A stretch of 64,000 nucleotides of DNA from Methanothrix sp. (lineage in GTDB: Archaea; Halobacteriota; Methanosarcinia; Methanotrichales; Methanotrichaceae), in NCBI GenBank assembly GCA_963682135.1, contig OY821645.1, positions 2,464,001-2,528,000 on the forward strand, written 5' to 3'. The number at the start of each line of letters is the position of its first letter. Position 1 is the stretch's first letter. Below are positions 18,962 through 26,317 of the stretch, piece after piece. The notes under the pieces are model-generated. The model worked only from the letters and a program-made list of their open reading frames with translations, searched no databases and was not told the origin of the DNA. A program made the position numbers and the translations under genes.

Positions 18962-19154
18962 TCATTGAGTCGCTTTCGCCTCCACAATCCCTATCTCCTC
19001 CTCCGTCAGCCCGTATAGCTCGTAGACCAGGGCATCGATCTGCCCGTCCGAGGCTTCGATCCGGCGCTGCAGGGCAGTTTTCTCGTGAGGCGTGGCAGCT
19101 TCGGGGAGCTGTTTATGCGAGATGCGAGAAATCTTTGCACCAGGAGGGCCATGA
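18962..19154 (-). repeat. Array repeat R3
   Basis: KQLPEAATPHEKTALQRRIEASDGQIDALVYELYGLTEEEIGIVEAKATQ*; degenerate 5' part. Confidence 0.9.
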
Positions 19155-19186
19155 GATCCGCTATCAATCGTTTCTCAAGTTCATAA

Positions 19187-19594
19187 TCATAATAGATTCA
19201 TCAGTTCTCTTGTGGTAAAAACTTTGACGACATCCTGCCTCTTGAAATGTCCATCGTTGCTCCAGATCGGACAGTCTAAATACATTGCCAGAGCCAGGAA
19301 TGGAGAGTCATCGATATCAATTTCAGACATCACTTCAATTGCACTATCTTTGAAGGGGGCCAAGTCTTCAAGAGGGATAAAACTGATTTTGCTGAAGATA
19401 AAATCTTTTAAATAATCAAAGGACTTTTCATCTAGCTTTGACTTGGATAATAATTCGTCTTTGTGTCTTTCTATCTCACGATTGGCATATTCAACTGTAT
19501 ACATTTTAAAAGGTGATACGGATATTATATCTCTGGTCAAACCATTCCTTAGGAGAGAAGATATCAGGATATTCGTATCCGGCACTATCTCCAT
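19187..19594 (-). CDS. PIN-domain toxin
   Basis: IVPDTNILIS, DIDDSPFLALA and IWSNDGHF. Confidence 0.9.
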   Translation of the reverse strand: MEIVPDTNILISSLLRNGLTRDIISVSPFKMYTVEYANREIERHKDELLSKSKLDEKSFDYLKDFIFSKISFIPLEDLAPFKDSAIEVMSEIDIDDSPFLALAMYLDCPIWSNDGHFKRQDVVKVFTTRELMNLL

Positions 19595-19824
19595 CCTAAT
19601 TTCTCCATTATTTCCCGCTTCATCTTGTGGTCTAATTCATTCACGTCATCTTCAGAAAGATCGCTTTTTTCCAGGAGCGTGTCAAAAATTATTGAAATGA
19701 ATATATCATTTTTTATATCTTCTAGAATATCCCGCTCTATTCTTTTTCGCACTAGTGCATCCAAATCTCTGTTGGCCTTTATCGATAACTCAATCTCTCG
19801 GGGAAGCTCAACTTCTATCGACAT
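19585..19824 (-). CDS. Putative antitoxin of the PIN toxin
   Basis: 79-aa acidic ORF (SDLSEDDVNELDHKMK) overlapping the PIN start. Confidence 0.7.
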   Translation of the reverse strand: MSIEVELPREIELSIKANRDLDALVRKRIERDILEDIKNDIFISIIFDTLLEKSDLSEDDVNELDHKMKREIMEKLGWR

Positions 19825-19864
19825 TTTATTGCCCGTATCCTAAATGCTGGAAAAGAATATAAAA

Positions 19865-20062
19865 CTACTTGCTCGCCTTCTGCACAATCCCGATCTCCTC
19901 TTCCGTCAGCCCGTACAGCCGGTCCCCCGTCGATCTGCCCGTCCGTGGCCTCGATCTGGCGCTGCATGGCCGTCTTCTCATGAGGCGTGCTGGCTTGGGG
20001 GAGCTGCTTGTGCGAGAAGCGAGCAATCTCTGCACCAGGGAGACCATGCGATCATGACGGGC
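19865..20062 (-). repeat. Array repeat R2
   Basis: ARHDRMVSLVQRLLA / KQLPQASTPHEKTAMQRQIEATDG / RLYGLTEEEIGIVQKASK*, frameshifted. Confidence 0.9.
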
Positions 20063-20549
20063 TAGCATTCCAAAGACCTATCGTTTCCCGCGCATCTTTC
20101 AGCGATACAATTTTGAGCTGAAAGCCATATGGAACCTGATAGTTCAGAAGAATTTTGTCGGTGGTTATGAGGTAATTCATATTATACGCCAGAGCATAAC
20201 CAAGATGAGTACGATCAGTTGGCTGCAATCGATCTTTGCATTCGTCCACAAGATGCCAGCAGACTTCAGCTACCCTATTTGTAGGCGGCAGGAATCTGAT
20301 ATCAAGTTTCCTCCATAGCTCGATCAAAGAGGCAATCGTCTCCATTTTGTGAGGATCGCTTCCCTCTTTTTCGCGAGTCAGACTCTTAAAAACAGTTTCT
20401 GCAAGCACTGAGAATGGGACACAAAGCTCCAGCGTGGGGTGATTATCGATGTGGTCGAGAAGGCCGATTGCAAGCTGCGACTTTCTATCTTTTTTTTCAG
20501 TGCTAACAGAATAAAAGAAGATATCAGCGTCTATGGCAACGTGATTCAT
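20052..20549 (-). CDS. PIN-domain toxin (divergent, 165 aa)
   Basis: VAIDADIF, VLAET, PTDRTHLGYA and LITTDK; its stop codon is supplied by repeat R2. Confidence 0.8.
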   Translation of the reverse strand: MNHVAIDADIFFYSVSTEKKDRKSQLAIGLLDHIDNHPTLELCVPFSVLAETVFKSLTREKEGSDPHKMETIASLIELWRKLDIRFLPPTNRVAEVCWHLVDECKDRLQPTDRTHLGYALAYNMNYLITTDKILLNYQVPYGFQLKIVSLKDARETIGLWNASPS

Positions 20550-20704
20550 TTCTTGCCAAAAGCCTTCTCTATTCTTTCCTTCGTCGCCTTATCTTCTTCT
20601 TCGGTAACAGCCCATACGATCCTGCCGTTGATATCCACAGCACCGCCGTAAGGCAACTGATTCTTGTCCGAGTCATAGATCTGCCCGACTACATATTCTG
20701 CCAT
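20546..20704 (-). CDS. 52-aa putative antitoxin (not in ORF track)
   Basis: MAEYVVGQIYDSDKNQLPYGGAVDINGRIVWAVTEEEDKATKERIEKAFGKK*; ATGA overlap with the PIN gene, GAGG upstream. Confidence 0.65.
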   Translation of the reverse strand: MAEYVVGQIYDSDKNQLPYGGAVDINGRIVWAVTEEEDKATKERIEKAFGKK

Positions 20705-20756
20705 TCATTTCCTCGATCTGAGTTTGGCTTTTTTCGATAATATAGTTTTCGCCGGT

Positions 20757-21000
20757 TCATTTGTCTGCCTGCGATCCTTCTACGATTCTTATCTCCTATT
20801 CCGTCAGCCCGTACAGCTCGTAGACCAGGGCATCTATCTGCCCGTCCGTGGCTCGATCTGTCGCTACAGGGCAGTTTTTTCGTGAGGCGTGGCAGCTTCG
20901 GGGAGCTGTCTATGCAAGGCGAGCATCTTCTCCACCAGGGAGACAAGCGAATCGTGGCGGGCGACATCGGCGGGGTCGGTGCAGAATGGGAGCAGCTATG
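20757..21000 (-). repeat. Array repeat R1 (probable native 3' end of the decayed RM gene)
   Basis: LLPI / TDPADVARHDSLVSLVEKMLALHRQLPEAATPHEKTAL*RQIE / TDGQIDALVYELYGLTE*EIRIVEGSQADK*. Confidence 0.88.
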
Positions 21001-21043
21001 ATACGGGATCAAGAAATGGATATACAGACTTTCGACTATGATT

Positions 21044-21162
21044 TTACCACAAAGGCACAAAGCTCACAAAGAACGCACAAAGACTAATCGGCAAAATATA
21101 TCCTAACCAGAATTTAATAATTTTCTTTGTGAGTCCTTTGTGCGCGTTGTGTCTTTGTGGTG
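21044..21162. repeat. REP-like inverted pair built from CACAAAG units
   Basis: ACCACAAAGGCACAAAGCTCACAAAGAACGCACAAAG (21046-21082) and the inverted CTTTGTGAGTCCTTTGTGCGCGTTGTGTCTTTGTGGT (21125-21161), about 40 nt apart. Confidence 0.8.
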
Positions 21163-21226
21163 ATAGTAGTAGTAAGTACTAACACCCCATCCTGCCAAAA
21201 TATATTTGACAATTATGATACTAATT

Positions 21227-21460
21227 TCCTTCGACATCGACTGCCTCCTCCTCTTTGACCTATCTCTTGTCGGCCCGGCATTCCTGCTTGTGGTAGACAT
21301 CCCAGCCCAGCGCCTCAAAAAAGGGATTGATGAACTCCGTTCTCAGCTCGGTCTCATTGTACTGACTGGATCGATAGATGTCCTGGTCACGCTCGAACTT
21401 CTCCATCAGCTCGAGGATCTTTGCTGGTGCCTGTGCTTGTGTCGGTGCCTCTGCCTGCAA
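21227..21460 (-). pseudogene. 5' remnant of a type IIG (Eco57I-like) restriction-modification gene
   Basis: APAKILELMEKFERDQDIYRSSQYNETELRTEFINPFFEALGWDV...KR*VKEEEAVDVEG, the N-terminal PD-(D/E)XK (HsdR_N-like) segment; GGAGG before TTG 21460; internal stop, remainder missing. Confidence 0.8.
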
Positions 21461-21676
21461 TTTCTTTGCCCTCCGGCGCACTCATTGACTGCTCTCCCGA
21501 AAAAGCTTCTGGCAGGAATGCAGAGAAAACGAGACTTGAGGCAAATCATCAAGTCTCAAGGCGGCATAGTCAGCTCAAAATTTTTAAAAATCCATACGGA
21601 TTCCCTAAGCTATTGCCAAAAGACCACAAAGCCGATATACCTCCTTATCTTAGCGCATATCGAAAGGCGAGATAAA

Positions 21677-23377
21677 ATGCTTATAGGAATTGATGTGGGC
21701 GGCACCACCACGGATGCCGTTGTCGTGGACGGCAATAAGGTGGTCAAGACCGCATATGTGCCGACAGATCACGATAACCTGTTGAAGTGCTTGCTTATGG
21801 CCTTGGACGAACTGGTGCAGGGCATCGACACCAGCAAGATCGAGCGAGTGGTTCTGAGCACTACTCTGATTACCAATATGATCGCCGAGGGCAAGACCGA
21901 TCCCGTGGCTCTGGTGCTCATACCGGGACCTGGAACCAATCCCCGAGACTACGCTCTGGGCGAGAGCGTCATCCTGGATGGAGCTATCGATTTTCGTGGC
22001 AAAGAGATTGATAGGCTAAAAGAGTCCCAGATCAAAGAGGCCGCCTCCCGCATCCGTGGCCAGGGCCTCTCCCGCGTGGCTGTGGTAGGCAAATTCTGCC
22101 AGAGAAATCATGCCCACGAGCTGAAGGTTGGCGAGATAATGGCCGCAACTCTGCCGGGCAGCAAGATTGAGCTGGGGCACAGAGTATCCGGCCAGCTCAA
22201 CTTCCCCCGCCGGGCAGCGACTACCATGCTCACCGCCGCAACCATTGACAGCTATGAGCTCTTTGCCGGAGATGTGGCTACAGCTCTCAAGGAGCGCAAG
22301 ATCAATTCACCAGTCTATATCCTCAAGGCGGACGGCGGGACACTACCCCTGGACAAATCCGTGCAAATGCCGGTGGAGACCATCTTCTCTGGGCCCGCCG
22401 CCAGCATCATGGGAGTAATGGCCCTGACGGACCCTGGCCAGAGCAGCGTGGTCGTGGACATCGGCGGCACCACCACCGACCTGGCTCTCATCCTCACCGG
22501 CAAGCCCCTACTCTCAGCTAAAGGGGCACGGGTCGGCTCTCTTCTCACCCACGTGCGGGCCTTTGCCGTCAAGTCGATAGCCATTGGTGGAGACAGCGCC
22601 GTTGCTGTCTGCGGCCAGAAGGACAGCGGCGAGGGCCGCGGCTGCGGCAGCCTGGCCGTCGGTCCCCACCGGGACGGACCGCCGATGTGCATGGGCGGAA
22701 ACGGACCCACGCCCACCGATGCCTTGCGGGTTTTGGGGCTATCTCAGATCGGCGATCTCGCCAAGGCTGAAAAGGCCATGCAGATCGTGGCACAGAGCCT
22801 GGGCTGCACTGCCAGAGAGGCGGCCCAAAAGGTGGTTGACGGCGTGGTGGACAAAATCGTCTTCGAGGTTAATGAGATGTTCCGGGAATGGGAACAGGAG
22901 CCCGCTTATCGCATCTGGGAGATCGTGAAGAGAGCGTCGCTCTCCGCTCAGAGCGTCGTGGGCGTAGGTGGAGGCGCTCCCCCCCTCGTGCCTCTGGTGG
23001 CCGCCCGGCTCAAAGCCGTGGCAATCGTGCCCCAGTATGCGAATGTGGCCAATGCCATTGGTGCTGCCGTGGCCCGGCCCACCTTAACCCTGAACCTGCA
23101 CATCGACACCGAGAACAAAGAGTATTCTGTGGCCGAAGATGGTCTAACCGGCAGAGTGACAGACCAAAAAATGACTCTAGAGGATGCACAGCGTCTGGCC
23201 CGCCGGCTATTAGCGGAACGGTCGGAGCTTCTCGGTATCAGCGAGTACGCCGCTGAGGCTGAAGTTACTTACAGCGAGGTTTTCAATATGATTCGAGGCT
23301 GGTCAACTGTGGGAAGACTGATGGACGTGCGAATGGAAATTCCGGCGGGTCTTCTACCTTCCTGGGGGAGGTGCTGA
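21677..23377 (+). CDS. Hydantoinase/oxoprolinase-family protein
   Basis: IGIDVGGTTTDA, SGPAAS, DIGGTTTD, PTPTDA and ANAIGAA; true start at MLIGID. Confidence 0.9.
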   Translation: MLIGIDVGGTTTDAVVVDGNKVVKTAYVPTDHDNLLKCLLMALDELVQGIDTSKIERVVLSTTLITNMIAEGKTDPVALVLIPGPGTNPRDYALGESVILDGAIDFRGKEIDRLKESQIKEAASRIRGQGLSRVAVVGKFCQRNHAHELKVGEIMAATLPGSKIELGHRVSGQLNFPRRAATTMLTAATIDSYELFAGDVATALKERKINSPVYILKADGGTLPLDKSVQMPVETIFSGPAASIMGVMALTDPGQSSVVVDIGGTTTDLALILTGKPLLSAKGARVGSLLTHVRAFAVKSIAIGGDSAVAVCGQKDSGEGRGCGSLAVGPHRDGPPMCMGGNGPTPTDALRVLGLSQIGDLAKAEKAMQIVAQSLGCTAREAAQKVVDGVVDKIVFEVNEMFREWEQEPAYRIWEIVKRASLSAQSVVGVGGGAPPLVPLVAARLKAVAIVPQYANVANAIGAAVARPTLTLNLHIDTENKEYSVAEDGLTGRVTDQKMTLEDAQRLARRLLAERSELLGISEYAAEAEVTYSEVFNMIRGWSTVGRLMDVRMEIPAGLLPSWGRC

Positions 23378-24744
23378 AGATGTCGTCCCTTGGAAAGAAG
23401 GGCAGGACGGGCCTCATATTCTTCCCGGCCTTTGATTGGGCCATCTCACCCACCCACCCGGAACGGGAAGAGAGGCTGCTCTACACCCGTGACCAGATCT
23501 TTGAGGAAGGGCTGATGGACCTACCCCAAATTGAGGAGTACAAACCCCGCCTGGCCGAGAAAAAGGACGTGGCTCGGGCCCATTTCTGCGTTCCCGATGT
23601 GGAAAGTCAGGTAACGGAGGCCCACCTCATCGCCGCCGGCAGCACCCTTACTCTGGCTGACGCCCTGGAGAAGGGCGAGATCAGGAACGGCTTTGCGCTG
23701 GTCAGGCCGCCGGGCCACCACAGCATGCGCGTGGTGCACGGCAACCGCGGCTTTTGCAATATCAACAACATGGCCATCATGGTCGAGTACCTTAGAACCA
23801 AGTACGGCCACAAGAGGATCGCCGTTATCGATACCGATGTTCACCACGGCGACGGGACCCAGGAGATATTCTGGCACGACCCGGATGTGCTCTGCCTGTC
23901 CTTCCATCAGGACGGCCACACCCTCTATCCCGGCTCGGGCTTCGTCAACGAGATGGGTGGACCGCAGGCGCTGGCCCGCACCCTTAACGTTCCCCTGCCG
24001 CCGGGTACAACGGACGAGGGTATTCACTACGTCCTGGACAATCTCATCCTGCCCATCCTCGATGAATTTAAGCCTGATTTGATCTTGAATTCGGCAGGCC
24101 AGGACAATCACTACACGGATCCGCTGGCCAATATGCGCTTCTCAGCCAACGGCTATGCCCGGCTCAACGAAAAGCTGGCACCTGACCTTTGCGTCCTGGA
24201 GGGCGGCTATGCCGTGGAGACGGCCCTGCCCTACGTCAATACGGGCATCATCCAGGCTATGGCAGGTCTTGATTACTCTCATGTCAAGGAGCCGGACTAT
24301 GTGCCCGGTCGCTTCGAGCAGTCGCCGGCAATGGTGCGGGAGATCGAGCACACTGTCTCCCAGGTGCAGAAAATCTGGGATCAGAGAGATGAACTGGTAG
24401 AAGAAGCGCTGGCGGACTCTGGCGATTTCTACCGTCGCAAGAGACGCATCTTTTACGACACTGACATGATCAACGAGAACCAGGAAGAGGTAGTTCGCCT
24501 CTGCCCGGACTGCGCCGGATACATGACCATCACCACTTCAGCCCAGCGCGGCTACGGCATCCTGAACAGCGCCTTTTGCGTCTCTATTCCCCGCAAAGCC
24601 TGCTCCTCCTGCCGGGAAGACGCCAAAGAGGAGTATGCTGAGCATCTGGACGATAAGAGGATCGGTTATGTCTTGATGCAGGATAAGGACAAAGACAAGT
24701 TCAAGTTCTACAACAACATGACGAGGACGGAGAAAGGGTACTGA
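23371..24744 (+). CDS. Histone deacetylase-family protein
   Basis: HPE, RPPGHH, GFC, DTDVHHGDGTQ, SAGQD and LEGGY. Confidence 0.93.
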   Translation: MLKMSSLGKKGRTGLIFFPAFDWAISPTHPEREERLLYTRDQIFEEGLMDLPQIEEYKPRLAEKKDVARAHFCVPDVESQVTEAHLIAAGSTLTLADALEKGEIRNGFALVRPPGHHSMRVVHGNRGFCNINNMAIMVEYLRTKYGHKRIAVIDTDVHHGDGTQEIFWHDPDVLCLSFHQDGHTLYPGSGFVNEMGGPQALARTLNVPLPPGTTDEGIHYVLDNLILPILDEFKPDLILNSAGQDNHYTDPLANMRFSANGYARLNEKLAPDLCVLEGGYAVETALPYVNTGIIQAMAGLDYSHVKEPDYVPGRFEQSPAMVREIEHTVSQVQKIWDQRDELVEEALADSGDFYRRKRRIFYDTDMINENQEEVVRLCPDCAGYMTITTSAQRGYGILNSAFCVSIPRKACSSCREDAKEEYAEHLDDKRIGYVLMQDKDKDKFKFYNNMTRTEKGY

Positions 24745-24797
24745 GTCTTTAGTGGCGCAAAAAGCATCTTAACGGCTTCTTGCGCCAATTTCTATTT

Positions 24798-25208
24798 TCA
24801 ATATCCGCAATGCTCAGTTCTCTTGATGACAACGGTATCAGATATTCGATTGAATAGACGCTGCCTGTTCTCCCGAAAACCAAACCATCCGATAAGACAG
24901 TCGATGGGAAGCAGAAATGCTTTTCCAAATGCCTCAATAGCTGCGTCTCTAAACCGAATGCTCTCGCCAAGAGGGCCTGTTACAACTATGTTAAGGAGCA
25001 TCTTTCCCAGCGACTGACCTCTATAACCCTCCAATGCAGTCCAATAAATGAATAATATTGCTGCCAGAAGAAGGACTCCACCAATGCCCAGCGCATCCAT
25101 TTTTAGGACAATCGCAACTCTTGACCAGAGTATGCCCATGAGCAGTACATCGATCAGCCAGGCCCAGAAACGATCATTCCAGCTTGACAACACAATTTTC
25201 TCATCCAT
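24798..25208 (-). CDS. RDD-family membrane protein
   Basis: RFWAWLID, GQSLGKMLLNI and QRLFNRISDT. Confidence 0.85.
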   Translation of the reverse strand: MDEKIVLSSWNDRFWAWLIDVLLMGILWSRVAIVLKMDALGIGGVLLLAAILFIYWTALEGYRGQSLGKMLLNIVVTGPLGESIRFRDAAIEAFGKAFLLPIDCLIGWFGFRENRQRLFNRISDTVVIKRTEHCGY

Positions 25209-25261
25209 AAGAACTCCTTCTAGATTGCTTTATCACCCTAAAGGAGAAGGCCATGTGATGA

Positions 25262-26317
25262 TTAGCTGGCCTTCTTCTGTCTCTTTCGATATAAGTATCC
25301 ACCCGCTGCTATTATGATGACCAGGACAATTCCTGCAGGCAGAAGCAGTGATGTCGGGGCGGCCTTGACCACAACCGGTATCTTCATGCTCTCGGAGATG
25401 ACGCTGTCGCCATTCAGGTCGGTATACTTGATCTCGCTGTTGATCCCATATTCCTTGGGCGTGGCATCTGAGTCCACATCCAGCCGGAAGACCACGGTTT
25501 TCTCTTCCCCCGGCTGCAATGTGCCTATGAAGGCCTGGTCATCTGTGGATGAGAAGGGCTTGAAGATGGACAGCCTTGCCACTGCATCCTTGATAGGATC
25601 CTCACCGATATTCTTGTAGGTGGCAGAAATTGGCGCCTTTTTATCTCCGGCGGAGAGTTCTCCTGAGTTGTTCAGGATCTCAAAGTCTGCTTGCCTCTTG
25701 ACAATTACCATGATGGGCAGCGTCTGGTTGGCCTTCTGGTAGATATAGGATTCTCGGAAATTTGCCAGAGTGGGAGAGACACCGCTGGTGACAAGGGTCG
25801 AGGCGTAGACTCGAACATTATCCTGATAGTCGTAAGAGATATTCAGATTGAGCGGATATTTTCCGGCAGGAGCATGCTCTCCAATCTTCAGGGTGAACTT
25901 CAAGGGTGATTGGGTCTTATCTCCTGATTTGAGTGACTGTACCACCTGGTCGCCGGACTTAATGTCGATTTGCCGGTTTTCTGAGTTGAGGCTGGTGGTG
26001 ATACCCAAAGCAGTAGGCTTCTTATACTCCTCTTGCAGCTCAGCCGCAGCCAGTGCGAACTCTTTAGGGTTTTGGGGTGTCAGATCCTCTTTAAAGCCGA
26101 TGATTCTTCCATAGTTGGTCAGATCCAAGTAAAGTGCAACGGTATCTCCCCTCTCAAACTCATTTGTACCGGAAATGCTGGCTGAAAGATCCGGACTACC
26201 GTACATGGTATAATAATTGTCTCCACCTAGCTCATAGGGTATGTAGGTGTTCTGGGCCTGACTTGTAGCCAGAAGTGTCAACAAGATGGCTATGGTTATG
26301 GCAGATTTAATATCCAT
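25262..26317 (-). CDS. COG1361-type S-layer-domain protein with C-terminal membrane anchor
   Basis: Signal peptide, APAGKYPL, IGTLQPGEEK; C-terminal TM helix plus RKRQKK; adjacent to HAE3 transporter. Confidence 0.8.
   Translation of the reverse strand: MDIKSAITIAILLTLLATSQAQNTYIPYELGGDNYYTMYGSPDLSASISGTNEFERGDTVALYLDLTNYGRIIGFKEDLTPQNPKEFALAAAELQEEYKKPTALGITTSLNSENRQIDIKSGDQVVQSLKSGDKTQSPLKFTLKIGEHAPAGKYPLNLNISYDYQDNVRVYASTLVTSGVSPTLANFRESYIYQKANQTLPIMVIVKRQADFEILNNSGELSAGDKKAPISATYKNIGEDPIKDAVARLSIFKPFSSTDDQAFIGTLQPGEEKTVVFRLDVDSDATPKEYGINSEIKYTDLNGDSVISESMKIPVVVKAAPTSLLLPAGIVLVIIIAAGGYLYRKRQKKAS

Noticed and set aside
12607-21000. CRISPR array or classical integron as the explanation for the repeats
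   Set aside because: Repeats are 160-245 bp and protein-derived with gene-sized spacers; I see no cas genes, tyrosine integrase or attC R-box (RYYYAAC...GTTRRRY) structure.
15339-21087. Plus-strand ORF family 'LHNPDLLFRQPV...RRSARPWPRSGAA' (15339, 17941, 18865, 19844, 20848)
   Set aside because: These are antisense shadows of the RM-derived repeat; the recognisable protein is on the minus strand.
12036-21600. tRNA-Thr-integrated genomic island
   Set aside because: I found no duplicated tRNA 3' end and no integrase; an ordinary response regulator separates the tRNA from the array.
21206-21676. 157-aa N-terminal extension of the hydantoinase ORF (includes CWCLCLCRCLC)
   Set aside because: It is antisense to the RM remnant; the family begins at MLIGIDVGG (21677).
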